A stretch of DNA of 64,000 nt from an uncultured Acidibacter sp. GTDB lineage: Bacteria > Pseudomonadota > Gammaproteobacteria > Steroidobacterales > Steroidobacteraceae. The notes under the pieces were generated by a model, which was given only the letters and a program-made list of their open reading frames with translations, was not told the DNA's origin and made no database searches. The first letter of the stretch is position 1. Each line of letters opens with the position of its first letter. Below are positions 46,110 to 55,431 of the stretch, in pieces. Location of the stretch: the NCBI GenBank assembly GCA_964541625.1, contig CAZIRD010000002.1, forward strand, positions 6,246 through 70,245, given 5' to 3'. The position numbers and the translations under genes were made by a program.

Positions 46110-47065
46110 CAGCCGCCGCAGGCCGCGTGCTCGGCATCGACGGCCCGGTCATCAGCACGGCTGATCCGCGACGTCAGCGCGACCTCTTCGAAACGGCCAT
46201 CGGCATGCACTGCATCGCCGAAGACCGCCTGGAGCACGCGGCAGTCCATGCGCTGTTCGGCCCCGTGGCCGAACGCGCGACACTCTGGCAACTCGTCACA
46301 CCGGGCAGTCCGCTCGGCGTCTGGCTGGTCGAGTTCGAGCCACGGTCGGAGGTGGTGATTCGCGAGGGCGGCGTCGGCGTCGCCTGCAACGCTCTCAAGA
46401 TGATCGACTTCTTCACCGCCGACCGACCGGCGGCGATCGCTGCGCTGCGCGCGCAGGGCTTCGAGATCGTCGCCAAGGGCGCGAGCATCGAGTTGCCGGA
46501 CGGATCGCGCTTTTGCGAGGCGCATGCCAAAGGCCCGGACGGGGTGATGATCGCCGCCATCGAGCCGCTGAATGTGCGTGCTGCGGATTTCGTCACGCTC
46601 GTCGGGCGAACCTTCAGCGAAGTGCAGAGCGCCTCGGGCCCGGTGAGCGACTTCGAGCCGGTCAGACACTTCTACGAGCAGGTGCTCGGCGTGCCCATGG
46701 GTCTGCGCTACGAGTTCGCCAGCGAGTCGTTCTCGCGCATGGTCGGTGTCAAAGATACCCTGCACATCCGCGCCAACAATTACGGGCGCGTGGTCGAGGA
46801 CGTGATGCTCGGCATCATCCACTACGGACTGCCGCCCGGCAGCTACGCGGACCTGCGCGAGCGGGCGCGCCCGCCCCACCGCGGCATCATCGGCGTGCGC
46901 CTGCGGGTCGAGGGACTCGATGCGCTGCTCGAGCGCTGCGCGCGCGCCGGCATCGAACGCGCGTGCGATGCGGCCACGCTCACCCTGCAATCGGGCACAA
47001 TGCGGATCGCGGCAGTGCGCGCCCCGCATGGGGTGTGGCACTGGCTGATCGAACCGACGGGCTAG
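46106..47065 (+). CDS. Two-module VOC-family (glyoxalase/dioxygenase-fold) protein
   Basis: ATG 46106 overlaps the SOD stop (ATGA). The product has 319 aa. Family call rests on an overall VOC-like pattern and is not confident. Confidence 0.6.
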   Translation: MTAAAGRVLGIDGPVISTADPRRQRDLFETAIGMHCIAEDRLEHAAVHALFGPVAERATLWQLVTPGSPLGVWLVEFEPRSEVVIREGGVGVACNALKMIDFFTADRPAAIAALRAQGFEIVAKGASIELPDGSRFCEAHAKGPDGVMIAAIEPLNVRAADFVTLVGRTFSEVQSASGPVSDFEPVRHFYEQVLGVPMGLRYEFASESFSRMVGVKDTLHIRANNYGRVVEDVMLGIIHYGLPPGSYADLRERARPPHRGIIGVRLRVEGLDALLERCARAGIERACDAATLTLQSGTMRIAAVRAPHGVWHWLIEPTG

Positions 47066-47083
47066 CGTAGCGGCAGGGGGACC

Positions 47084-48217
47084 ATGGAAGGTCTGGTCAA
47101 ATTCCTCAAATCGGATCTGGGCGCCGGCGCATTGCTTGTCGTCGCGGCCGCGGCGGCGATGCTGCTCGCGAATTCGGCACTTGCCGATGCCTACTCCGGC
47201 ACGCTGTCGGCGCCGGTTCGCCTCGGCATCGGCGATCTCGCGCTCGAGAAGACCGTCCTGCACTGGATCAACGATGGTCTGATGGCGGTCTTCTTCATGC
47301 TGGTCGGCCTCGAGATCAAGCGCGAACTCGTCGATGGTGAACTCTCCGACCGGCGACGCGCGGCGCTGCCGGTGTTCGGCGCGATCGGCGGTATGCTCGT
47401 GCCCGCCGCGATCTACGCCTTCATCAACCGCGACAGCGCAACCACGATCACCGGCTGGCCGATCCCCGCGGCCACCGATATCGCCTTTGCCATCGGCGTT
47501 CTCTCGCTGGTCCGTCGTCACGTCGCACCGGGCCTGCGGATATTTCTTTTGGGGCTGGCGATCATCGATGATCTGGGTGCAATCATCCTCATCGCGGTGC
47601 TCTTCACCGCGGACATCTCCAGTCAGGCGCTCAGCCTCGCCGCACTGTGCGTGGCGGTGCTGGCGCTGCTCAACCGGCTGGGTGTCTCGCGCCTGCTGCC
47701 CTACCTTGCGGTGGGTGCGCTGCTGTGGCTCTCGGTGCTCAAGTCTGGAGTGCATGCCACCATCGCCGGTGTGCTGATCGGCGCGATGATCCCGCGCAAG
47801 GCGATGCCGCGCCTCGAGCATGCGCTGCACCCCTGGGTCACCTTCGGCATCATGCCGCTGTTCGCACTCGCCAATGCCGGCGCGTCGCTGCAGGACGTCG
47901 GCCTGCATACCTTCACCGAGCCGGTGGCGCTCGGCATCGTGCTCGGCCTGTTCCTCGGCAAACAACTGGGTGTGTTCGCGGCCTGCTGGCTTGCAGTCCG
48001 CGCCGGGCTCGCCCAATTGCCGGCCGGCAGCAACTGGACTTCACTGCATGGCGTCGCCATCCTCACCGGCATCGGCTTCACGATGTCGCTGTTCGTGGGC
48101 GCGCTCGCCTTCCCCGGCGGCGAATACGACACCGCCGTGCGCCTCGGCGTGCTCACCGGTTCCGCGCTTTCTGCCATCGTCGGCTGTGCCTGGCTGCTGT
48201 TGCTGCGCAACCGCTGA
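47084..48217 (+). CDS. nhaA: Na+/H+ antiporter NhaA
   Basis: 377 aa with an SD before ATG 47084. Motifs: LHWINDGLMAVFFMLVGLEIKRE, IPAATDIAFAIGVL, LLGLAIIDDLGAIILIA. Confidence 0.9.
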   Translation: MEGLVKFLKSDLGAGALLVVAAAAAMLLANSALADAYSGTLSAPVRLGIGDLALEKTVLHWINDGLMAVFFMLVGLEIKRELVDGELSDRRRAALPVFGAIGGMLVPAAIYAFINRDSATTITGWPIPAATDIAFAIGVLSLVRRHVAPGLRIFLLGLAIIDDLGAIILIAVLFTADISSQALSLAALCVAVLALLNRLGVSRLLPYLAVGALLWLSVLKSGVHATIAGVLIGAMIPRKAMPRLEHALHPWVTFGIMPLFALANAGASLQDVGLHTFTEPVALGIVLGLFLGKQLGVFAACWLAVRAGLAQLPAGSNWTSLHGVAILTGIGFTMSLFVGALAFPGGEYDTAVRLGVLTGSALSAIVGCAWLLLLRNR

Positions 48218-48253
48218 CGCCGCATCGACGCTCCACATCGAGACCTGTCACCC

Positions 48254-49813
48254 ATGGATCGCCGCAGCTTCCTGCTCCTCGCCGCTACCGCGCCGACACT
48301 GCTGCAGGCGCAGCAGCGGTCGGTGCTGCGGCGCATCGTCGCGAGCGAAATCACCTCGCTCGACCCGCAACGGCCTACCGGGCAGCTGACCGCCGAGCTC
48401 GGTCCGGAGCTGTTCACCGGCCTGACCACCACCGACGCCGCCGGCCGGATCATCCCGGGCTGCGCGAGTTCCTGGAGCACGAGTGCCGACGGCCTCGTCT
48501 GGACGTTCCGTCTGCGCAAGCGCCTCGCCTGGTCCGATGGCCGAGCGCTCGATTCGCGCGACTTCCTCTTCACGCTGCAGCGCTATCTCGCGCCGGAAAC
48601 CGGCATCGCGCAGGCGACGCGGCTCGAGTCGATCAGCGGTGCGCGTGAACTGCGCCTCGGACGGAAACCTGCCAAGGGACTCGGCATTACTGCACCCGAG
48701 CCGGGCACGCTGGTGATCCGCCTCGAGCACCCCGACGTCGAGCTGCCGCTCAATCTCGCGGCGGCCTATTGCGTACCGAAGCATTTGATCGACGCGCGCG
48801 GCCGCGAGTGGGCCAAGCCCGACATCATCGTCAGCAACGGTCCCTACCGGATCGAGTCGTGGGCGGCCGGTGCCAAGGACGTGAAGCTGGTACGCAATGC
48901 GCGCTTCCACGAAGCCGCCGCAGTCGCCATCGAACGCGTCGAATGGCTCACCGGCTACGACGACACCACCCGGCTGCGTCTCTTCCGGCTCGGTGAGGTG
49001 GACATCGCCTCGCTCGAGGACATGGGCAACCTCGCCACCGCGCGCCGCGAACTCGGCGGCGTGCTGCGCAGTTCGCCGGAATGCGCCCTCGGCGCCATCG
49101 GCCTCAACATCACCCGCAAACCGCTCGATCGCGCGCCGCTGCGGCAGGCACTCTCGCTGGCCATCGATCGTGAGGTTCTCGCCACCAAGGTCCGCGGACT
49201 CGGCGAGCAGCCCTGGGATGCGGTGCTGCCGCCGGGAATTCCAGACTATCCCGCGCCGCTGCGTGCGGAGTTCGCCGGCTGGCCGATGTCGCGTCGGCTC
49301 GAGGCTGCGCGGGCGCTGGTCGCCAAGGCCGGGATCAGCGGCCGCGTGAAACTCGGCGCCGGCTTTCCGGCGAGCCCGACGGTGCGCAAGGTTTTCCTCG
49401 CCATCGCCGCGATGTGGAAACCGATCGGCGTCGACCTCGAACTGCTGCCGCTCGACGGACGCGCCTATACGGCCGCACTGCAGCGCGGCGATTACGACGT
49501 GTTCAGCTACGCGGCTTTCGCGGTCGTGCCCTCGGCAGCCAATTTCCTTGATCGCTTCGTCAGCGACTCCGCCGAGAACGTCACCCGACACCGCAATGCC
49601 GACTTCGATCGGCTGATGCGCGACGCCGAGCGACAGCCGACGATCCCGCAACGCTTCGCGCTCTACCGCGAGGCCGAGAAGATTTTGCTGCGCGACGTAC
49701 CGTTCATTCCAGCCTGGGCAGGGGTTTCCAACCGGCTGGTCGCCAAGCGCGTGCGTGGCTGGGTCGATCATCCGGGGCATGCGCACCCCTCGCGCTTCCT
49801 CAGCCTCGGCTGA
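48254..49813 (+). CDS. ABC-transporter family-5 (peptide/nickel, OppA/DppA-like) substrate-binding protein, orphan
   Basis: 519 aa with a Tat-like leader MDRRSFLLLAATAPTLLQA. SBP_bac_5 pattern (W.F.LRK.L.WSDG, IVSNGPYRIESW). No permease or ATPase genes lie adjacent. Confidence 0.75.
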   Translation: MDRRSFLLLAATAPTLLQAQQRSVLRRIVASEITSLDPQRPTGQLTAELGPELFTGLTTTDAAGRIIPGCASSWSTSADGLVWTFRLRKRLAWSDGRALDSRDFLFTLQRYLAPETGIAQATRLESISGARELRLGRKPAKGLGITAPEPGTLVIRLEHPDVELPLNLAAAYCVPKHLIDARGREWAKPDIIVSNGPYRIESWAAGAKDVKLVRNARFHEAAAVAIERVEWLTGYDDTTRLRLFRLGEVDIASLEDMGNLATARRELGGVLRSSPECALGAIGLNITRKPLDRAPLRQALSLAIDREVLATKVRGLGEQPWDAVLPPGIPDYPAPLRAEFAGWPMSRRLEAARALVAKAGISGRVKLGAGFPASPTVRKVFLAIAAMWKPIGVDLELLPLDGRAYTAALQRGDYDVFSYAAFAVVPSAANFLDRFVSDSAENVTRHRNADFDRLMRDAERQPTIPQRFALYREAEKILLRDVPFIPAWAGVSNRLVAKRVRGWVDHPGHAHPSRFLSLG

Positions 49814-49837
49814 GCCAGCCGCGGTATCGTCGCGCGC

Positions 49838-50542
49838 ATGCCCGCGGAAGTCGTCCTCCTCACCGCCGTCAAGCAGGGCCCGGAGTTCGCCGAGGAACTG
49901 CGGACCTACGCCAGCGATCTCGTCGTTCGCCTCGTTGCGAGCCGCGCCGAACTCGACGCCGTCTTCGCCGTGCCAGTGCCGCGTCGCCGGTTGATCGCCT
50001 TCACCACCGATCTCATCGTGCCGGCGGCCTATCTCGAGGCTTGCGACTGCGGTGCCTACAACTTCCATCCGGGCTCACCTGCCTACCCGGGCGTCTACCC
50101 GGAAAGCTTCGCCGTCTGGGACGGTGCGACGCGCTTTGGTGCCACGGCCCATGCGATGACCGCGCAGGTGGACGCCGGACCGATCGTCGCCACCGAATGG
50201 TTTCCGATCTCGCCCGCATGGGGACGCATGCACGTCGCCACGCTCGCCTACGAAGCCTTGATGCGGGTGTTCCTGCGGCTCGCACCCTGGCTCGCCACCG
50301 AGGATGCGCCGCTACCGCCCTGTGGCGAGAGTTGGAGCGGGCCGACGCGCCTGCGCGCCGAGTACCGGCGGTTTTGTGAAATTCCGGCGGACATCACCCT
50401 CGCTGACTACCAGCGCCGTTACCGGGCCTTCGGTGAGGGCATGACGAAAGACTTCCATCTCATGCTGCACGGCCACCGCTACGTGATCGAGCAGCCATGG
50501 AGCGAGGCGCAACTCGCGCGGGAAATGGGCCGCGAGAAATAG
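49838..50542 (+). CDS. Formyltransferase-fold (Formyl_trans_N-like) protein
   Basis: 234 aa. YNFHPGSPAYPGVYP (Asn/His) and AQVDAGPIV (Asp) match the formyltransferase catalytic triad pattern. Confidence 0.55.
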   Translation: MPAEVVLLTAVKQGPEFAEELRTYASDLVVRLVASRAELDAVFAVPVPRRRLIAFTTDLIVPAAYLEACDCGAYNFHPGSPAYPGVYPESFAVWDGATRFGATAHAMTAQVDAGPIVATEWFPISPAWGRMHVATLAYEALMRVFLRLAPWLATEDAPLPPCGESWSGPTRLRAEYRRFCEIPADITLADYQRRYRAFGEGMTKDFHLMLHGHRYVIEQPWSEAQLAREMGREK

Positions 50543-50551
50543 CCGCGAAAA

Positions 50552-51139
50552 CTAGAAGCGCGGATCGACCGGGGCGATCAGCAGCGCGAGCGGATCGACG
50601 CGGCGCGCGCCCTCGAAACGCCCGCGATAGCCGACATCGTCGAGGCTATCGATGCGCACCAGCGTGCGCGCACGTGGCGCATGCACGAACCGGCCCTCGC
50701 CGAGATAGATGCCGACATGCGAGTTCGCCGCGCCGCGCGTGTTGAAGAACACGAGATCGCCGGGACGGAGCTGGTCGCGGGCGACCGCAACGCCGATTCC
50801 CGCCAGCTGGCGCGACGTACGCGGCAGCACCACGCCCAGCGTCTCACGGAAAACATGGTTGACGAGGCCGCTGCAGTCGAAGCCGGTCTGCGGATTGCTG
50901 CCGCCGAAGCGGTACGGAACGCCGATGTAGCCGAGGGCGCGATCGACCACGCCCTGCATGACGATGCCCTGCGCGCTCAGCGAGGACTGCAGGCCATCGA
51001 CCAGCCCCGCCTCGAGCAAGGGCCGCTCGCCCGCGCGCTCCTCGCCGCCGCCAGCCGCCGCCGGCACGGCCATGCACGCCGCGGCCAGCCCACTGGCGAG
51101 CAGCGCGAGACGCACAAGCGGACGAGGGCTGAAGTGCAA
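50552..51139 (-). CDS. NlpC/P60-family peptidoglycan endopeptidase
   Basis: Catalytic region: YRFGGSNPQTGFDCSGLVNHVF, GDLVFFNT, HVGIYLGEGRFVHAP. A TTG at 51139, 9 nt after GGAG, gives a clean signal peptide MHFSPRPLVRLALLASGLAAACMAVPAAA. ATG 51265 is the alternative. Confidence 0.8.
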   Translation of the reverse strand: MHFSPRPLVRLALLASGLAAACMAVPAAAGGGEERAGERPLLEAGLVDGLQSSLSAQGIVMQGVVDRALGYIGVPYRFGGSNPQTGFDCSGLVNHVFRETLGVVLPRTSRQLAGIGVAVARDQLRPGDLVFFNTRGAANSHVGIYLGEGRFVHAPRARTLVRIDSLDDVGYRGRFEGARRVDPLALLIAPVDPRF

Positions 51140-51263
51140 GATCGAGGGCTCCGGTAGACTTCGAGGCCGCGGGACCCGCCGCCGCGACAGGATGTCGAGG
51201 CCAACAGACCCACCGGCGGCGCGAAAGGTTCCGGAGTTTACCGGCTTGATGGAGTACTCCGCC

Positions 51264-52073
51264 ATGTTGACAGCAGATGGTCTTTTCCTGCGGCTCGCGC
51301 TGCGCTCTGCGCTGCTGCTCGTGCTGACGGTTGCCGCAAGCCCGGCGCCGGCGGCCGACCATGGCTTCACGCCCGACCACTTCGCCCGCTGGGTGCAGAT
51401 GCGGGTCGGCGGCGGCGAGCCGGTCTACTGGTATGCCGTCGGCACGGTGTACACCTACCCGGAGGGCAAGCCGGTAATGCGCATGGAGGGCATCGACGCC
51501 GCAAGGCTCGAAAAGTCGCTCTCCACCGCCACCGAAGCGCACCAGGTATCGCGCAAGACCTTCGTCTACCGTGACGCGGAGACCAACGAAATCCTCCGCG
51601 AATGGCAGGGCAAGCCGCTGCCGCCGATCTCCTACCCCTACCAGTACATCACCTACTCGCTGCGTGACCGCAGCGTCGAGACCTGGGTCGAACAGGGCGC
51701 CGGTGCGCGCCGCCAGCGCATCGGCCCCGGCACCGACATCACCGTGCGGCAGGTCGGCAATACGCTGGCCTTTTCGGCACCGCTCTTCCTCGACCTGCCG
51801 ATGCCGGGCGGCGCGCGTATGCAGGCCTTTGAGCACTACGATTTCTTCGATCAGGGCGCGGCACCCGGCATCGCGCACCCCTACCAGATCAGCTGGCTGC
51901 GTTTCGGCGACCTGCCGGCCGGGCTCGGCAAGGGCGTGATGCACATGGTCTCCTGGCGGGTCGATCGCTATGCCGACCTGCCGGCCTCGATCCGCGGCTA
52001 TCTCGAGAGCGAAGCGAGACTCTGGCTCGAACCGCCGCGGGATATCGCCGAAATCCGTCGGCTGCAGCAGTAA
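51264..52073 (+). CDS. Secreted DUF1838-like protein
   Basis: ATG 51264 (or 51249) gives MLTADGLFLRLALRSALLLVLTVAASPAPA. The pattern YWYAVGTVYTYPEGKPVMRMEG...FVYRDAETNEILREW resembles DUF1838. Confidence 0.55.
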   Translation: MLTADGLFLRLALRSALLLVLTVAASPAPAADHGFTPDHFARWVQMRVGGGEPVYWYAVGTVYTYPEGKPVMRMEGIDAARLEKSLSTATEAHQVSRKTFVYRDAETNEILREWQGKPLPPISYPYQYITYSLRDRSVETWVEQGAGARRQRIGPGTDITVRQVGNTLAFSAPLFLDLPMPGGARMQAFEHYDFFDQGAAPGIAHPYQISWLRFGDLPAGLGKGVMHMVSWRVDRYADLPASIRGYLESEARLWLEPPRDIAEIRRLQQ

Positions 52074-52106
52074 CGCGCGGCGGCGACGCCGCCGTCACGC
52101 CTGACT

Positions 52107-52997
52107 GTGAAAGACAGCCTCGATGAGCGCGCGGCGCGGGTCGCGTTCTGGCAATTGCAGACCTGCGTGTTTCTCTGGGGCTTCACCGCCATCCTCGGCC
52201 GGCTGATCACGCTGCCGGCGCTCGCGCTCGTGCTGTGGCGCATGGTGTTCGCGACCATGATCCTCGCGCTGCTGCCGCGAGTCTGGCGAGGGCTGCGCGG
52301 ACTCGATGCCCCTGGGTTACGCCGGCATGCGCTCGCCGGCTGCGTCATCGCCCTGCACTGGTTCGCGTTCTATTCCTCGGTCAAGCTCGCCAACGCTTCG
52401 GTAGCGGTGGCCTGTCTCGCGCTCGGCTCGGTGTTCGCGGCGGTCATCGAACCATGGATCACCGGCCGGCCGCACGAACGGCGCGAACTGCTGCTCGGCG
52501 TGCTCGCCATTCCCGGTGTGCTGTTGCTGGTCGGCGGCGTGCCGGCGGGCATGCAGGCCGGCATCGTCGCCGGCATCATCGCGGCAGCGCTGACCGCCAC
52601 CTTCGCGAGCCTCAACAAGCGCTTCCTCGATCCGCAGGCCGAGCCGGCCACGGTGACGGTGCTGCAACTCGGTCTAGGCGCGGTGTTCCTCGCCCTGCTG
52701 GGCGTCGTCATGGAGGGTCCGGCCGCGACCTTTCCGGCGGTGCAGGGCACGAACCTCGGCTGGCTGCTGGTGCTCGCCGTAGTCTGCACCATCGTGCCCT
52801 TCCTGCTCTGGCTGCGGGCGCTGAACCATGTGAGCGCCTTCACCACGCACCTGTCGCTCAACCTCGAGCCGATCTATGCGATCACTCTCGCCGCGCTGCT
52901 CTTCCAGGAACACCAGGAACTGACGCCGCGGTTTTATGCCGGCGTCGCCGTGGTGCTTGCTACCGTGCTGCTGCAGTCACGAATCGGGCGGGGTTGA
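52107..52997 (+). CDS. DMT-superfamily (EamA-like) transporter
   Basis: 296 aa with a GTG start and about 10 TM helices in a two-EamA-repeat architecture. Confidence 0.7.
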   Translation: MKDSLDERAARVAFWQLQTCVFLWGFTAILGRLITLPALALVLWRMVFATMILALLPRVWRGLRGLDAPGLRRHALAGCVIALHWFAFYSSVKLANASVAVACLALGSVFAAVIEPWITGRPHERRELLLGVLAIPGVLLLVGGVPAGMQAGIVAGIIAAALTATFASLNKRFLDPQAEPATVTVLQLGLGAVFLALLGVVMEGPAATFPAVQGTNLGWLLVLAVVCTIVPFLLWLRALNHVSAFTTHLSLNLEPIYAITLAALLFQEHQELTPRFYAGVAVVLATVLLQSRIGRG

Positions 52998-54036
52998 GCG
53001 TGCAGCTCGCGTCGATGCCGGCGTAGTTCGCCTGCAGCGCACCGGCTCGCGGCTCGAACTGCGCGTCATGGATCGGCGCTTCCTCGCCCGGCTTTTGCAC
53101 CATCAGGTGCAGACGGTCGAACATCCCCTTGCCTTCGGCATCGGGCAGGTGGGCCCGCAGCAACATGAGTTGCAGATCACGGCCATCGGTCGCCTTGACC
53201 GCGAGCTTCGCGCCGCGGTCATAGGCGCTCCAGGCACGCTCGCCCGACGCGTCGCGCACCCGGCAGTCGTAATTGCGCGCCCGGTACATGCGGATATGCG
53301 TGCGGTCCTTGCGGCCGACGAACTGGTGGCCGGCCATCAGGTTGATGTCGTAGTCCCAGAACACCTCGGGCGAGAGTACCCACTCGGCATCGGCGACGAA
53401 GCGCACGTCGGTCTTGTTGACCATGTAGGTGCAGCTGCCCGGCCCCGCCGTGCGGCCGGCCTCGGTCTTGCCGTCGAGGACGCCAAAGATCTGCTCACCG
53501 TCACGACGCCAGAGAAAATCGCAATTGATGGCCTGCGGATCGCGCATCCGCACCTCTTTCCACAGTTCGGGGTGCTTGTGCAGATCGACGTACTTCTCGG
53601 GATCGGCGGGTCCCTGGCCGTTGATGACCACGGCACCACGCTGCTCGTCGATCCAGACCTTATAGAGGATCTGGCTGCGGTACATCAGCGGCGCGTCGCG
53701 CCCGCCCTCGTTGATCTGTCCGTAGAAGACGATCTCGCCGATCTGCGGGGCGTCGATGCGCTCGAACACGTGATACCAGTGCGCGTGCTCGCCTTCGACC
53801 GGGACGCGGTAGCGGCGCTCGTAGTGGACCTGCGGGTAGGAGTCCCAGCCCCCCGGCAGCCAGGCAATCAGATCGGCGAGCACCGCCTCGAGTTCGGGCT
53901 TCGACAGGTCGTAGGCCGGTCCAGCCCACACGCGCGCCGGCACGATCGCCGCAGCCAGTGCGAGCAATGCGCCGAGCAGCATACCCGGCAACGGGCGGTG
54001 AGTGCCCATTGGCCGGCTGGTGGATTGTGCTTGCAT
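52960..54036 (-). CDS. Hypothetical secreted protein (family not recognised; faint resemblance to CpcT/DUF1001 lipocalin-like proteins)
   Basis: 358 aa with signal peptide ...MLLGALLALAAAIVPARVWA. GC3-rich codons. 38-nt convergent overlap with the EamA gene. Confidence 0.6.
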   Translation of the reverse strand: MQAQSTSRPMGTHRPLPGMLLGALLALAAAIVPARVWAGPAYDLSKPELEAVLADLIAWLPGGWDSYPQVHYERRYRVPVEGEHAHWYHVFERIDAPQIGEIVFYGQINEGGRDAPLMYRSQILYKVWIDEQRGAVVINGQGPADPEKYVDLHKHPELWKEVRMRDPQAINCDFLWRRDGEQIFGVLDGKTEAGRTAGPGSCTYMVNKTDVRFVADAEWVLSPEVFWDYDINLMAGHQFVGRKDRTHIRMYRARNYDCRVRDASGERAWSAYDRGAKLAVKATDGRDLQLMLLRAHLPDAEGKGMFDRLHLMVQKPGEEAPIHDAQFEPRAGALQANYAGIDASCTLNPARFVTAAAR

Positions 54037-54148
54037 GAGTCGTCCCCCGTGACTTCGCTATTATTTTGTTGATTGTTCCAGAGACCCTGCGTCCAAAGAA
54101 CCGTCGGACGACGGCAAGCGTGGTCGCGTTCACACTGCGGAGGTTTTG

Positions 54149-54649
54149 ATGTACCTGCCCTCACCCGCCGCCCCGCCCTCGCCGGAGGCGCTCGCCCACT
54201 TCTGTGCCGCGGCAAACGCCAGCCTCGGCGGCAAAGGCCCTGACCCCACGGCGGTGGAGTTGCGCTGGATCGGCCTCGACGCCGACAGCACCCGACAGAT
54301 CTTCGATCTGGTTCGCAGCGGCGACAAACGCGGCACGTTCACGCTGCCATGGATCGTCGAGCGCACGGCCAGCCCGGTGCCCAAGGTCGGCAATCATCTG
54401 GTGCTGATCGACATCGATGGCCGGCCCGTGCTGCTGACCCGCGTGGTACGGGTCGATTCAGCGCTGTTCGGCGCGGTCGAGGCACGGCATACGGCCATCG
54501 ACGGCTCGCCGGTGCGCGATCCGGCGGTCTGGGTACCCCTGCATACGGCGTACTGGAACAACCACCTCGCGCCTTTCGGTCTCGAGGTCAGCCCGTCTAT
54601 GCCGTTCTGGATCGAGGAGTTCGTGTTGCTGTATGACGCCGGAAACTGA
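54149..54649 (+). CDS. ASCH-domain (PUA-like) protein
   Basis: 166 aa. LVRSGDKRGTFTLPW and the C-terminal FWIEEFVLLY pattern are typical of COG4405-type ASCH proteins. Confidence 0.6.
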   Translation: MYLPSPAAPPSPEALAHFCAAANASLGGKGPDPTAVELRWIGLDADSTRQIFDLVRSGDKRGTFTLPWIVERTASPVPKVGNHLVLIDIDGRPVLLTRVVRVDSALFGAVEARHTAIDGSPVRDPAVWVPLHTAYWNNHLAPFGLEVSPSMPFWIEEFVLLYDAGN

Positions 54650-54677
54650 GGTATAACCGGCGACGGAGGGAACCCCG

Positions 54678-55388
54678 ATGTCAGTCACCGCAGAAAGGCT
54701 GCAGGCGCCGCCTGCGAAAAAGGGCTTGAAGTCCCGGCTTATTTCCTGGGCCATGAAAAAAATGATGGCGTCCGCGGGCGCGTCGGGATCCGGCGGCGGA
54801 CCGCCGCCCTGGGTGAAGGCCATGATGGCCGGTGGCGGGCCGCAGAGCATGGCCGCCATGCTCGCCACCTCGAGCGGTTTCGAAGGCCGCGAAAAGCTGC
54901 TCGGCGAGGCGGTCGCCATGGCGATCCGCACCCTCAAAGACACCGTGCCCTATGCGCACGACATGAACGATGCGCTGGTGAAGATGCATCTCACCTCGGT
55001 GCAGTTCGCCAAGGACCACGGCTGCATCGCCGATTACGTCGAGCACGACATCCGCACCATGCAGCCGATGCTGCAACGCCTGCGCGGCATGATCGACAAG
55101 ACCGGCGAAAAGGAGATCGCGCTCGCCGGCATCTTTGATCGCACCACCTGTCTCTATCAGCTCTGCCTCGATCTGAAGGTCGAGCCCGGCAAGCGGACCT
55201 TCACCTTTCCCTACAGCAAGGTGGCGGCGATCTCGCGGCGCATCGGCCAATTTGATCTTACCGATCGCGACATGCACGAACTGTGGCTGAAGCCGCGTCT
55301 GCTCGGTTACGCCGCGGCACTCGGCGTACAGCTCGACGTCTCGGACATCGACGCCGACAACCGGGTGACGGTTAGCCTCAGCGGGTGA
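54678..55388 (+). CDS. Hypothetical protein with a Met/Gly-rich N-terminal region
   Basis: 236-aa ORF starting 28 nt after the ASCH gene. No family recognised. Its 3' end carries a 20-bp tandem duplication. Confidence 0.5.
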   Translation: MSVTAERLQAPPAKKGLKSRLISWAMKKMMASAGASGSGGGPPPWVKAMMAGGGPQSMAAMLATSSGFEGREKLLGEAVAMAIRTLKDTVPYAHDMNDALVKMHLTSVQFAKDHGCIADYVEHDIRTMQPMLQRLRGMIDKTGEKEIALAGIFDRTTCLYQLCLDLKVEPGKRTFTFPYSKVAAISRRIGQFDLTDRDMHELWLKPRLLGYAAALGVQLDVSDIDADNRVTVSLSG

Positions 55389-55401
55389 CGGTTAGCCTCG
55401 T
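55362..55401. repeat. 20-bp tandem duplication (cgggtgacggttagcctcag / cgggtgacggttagcctcgt)
   Basis: 18/20 identity, read directly. The stop codon of the 54678 gene lies in the second copy. Confidence 0.85.
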
Positions 55402-55431
55402 CAGCTGAGGATCGCCCGCGCCGCCTGCGCG

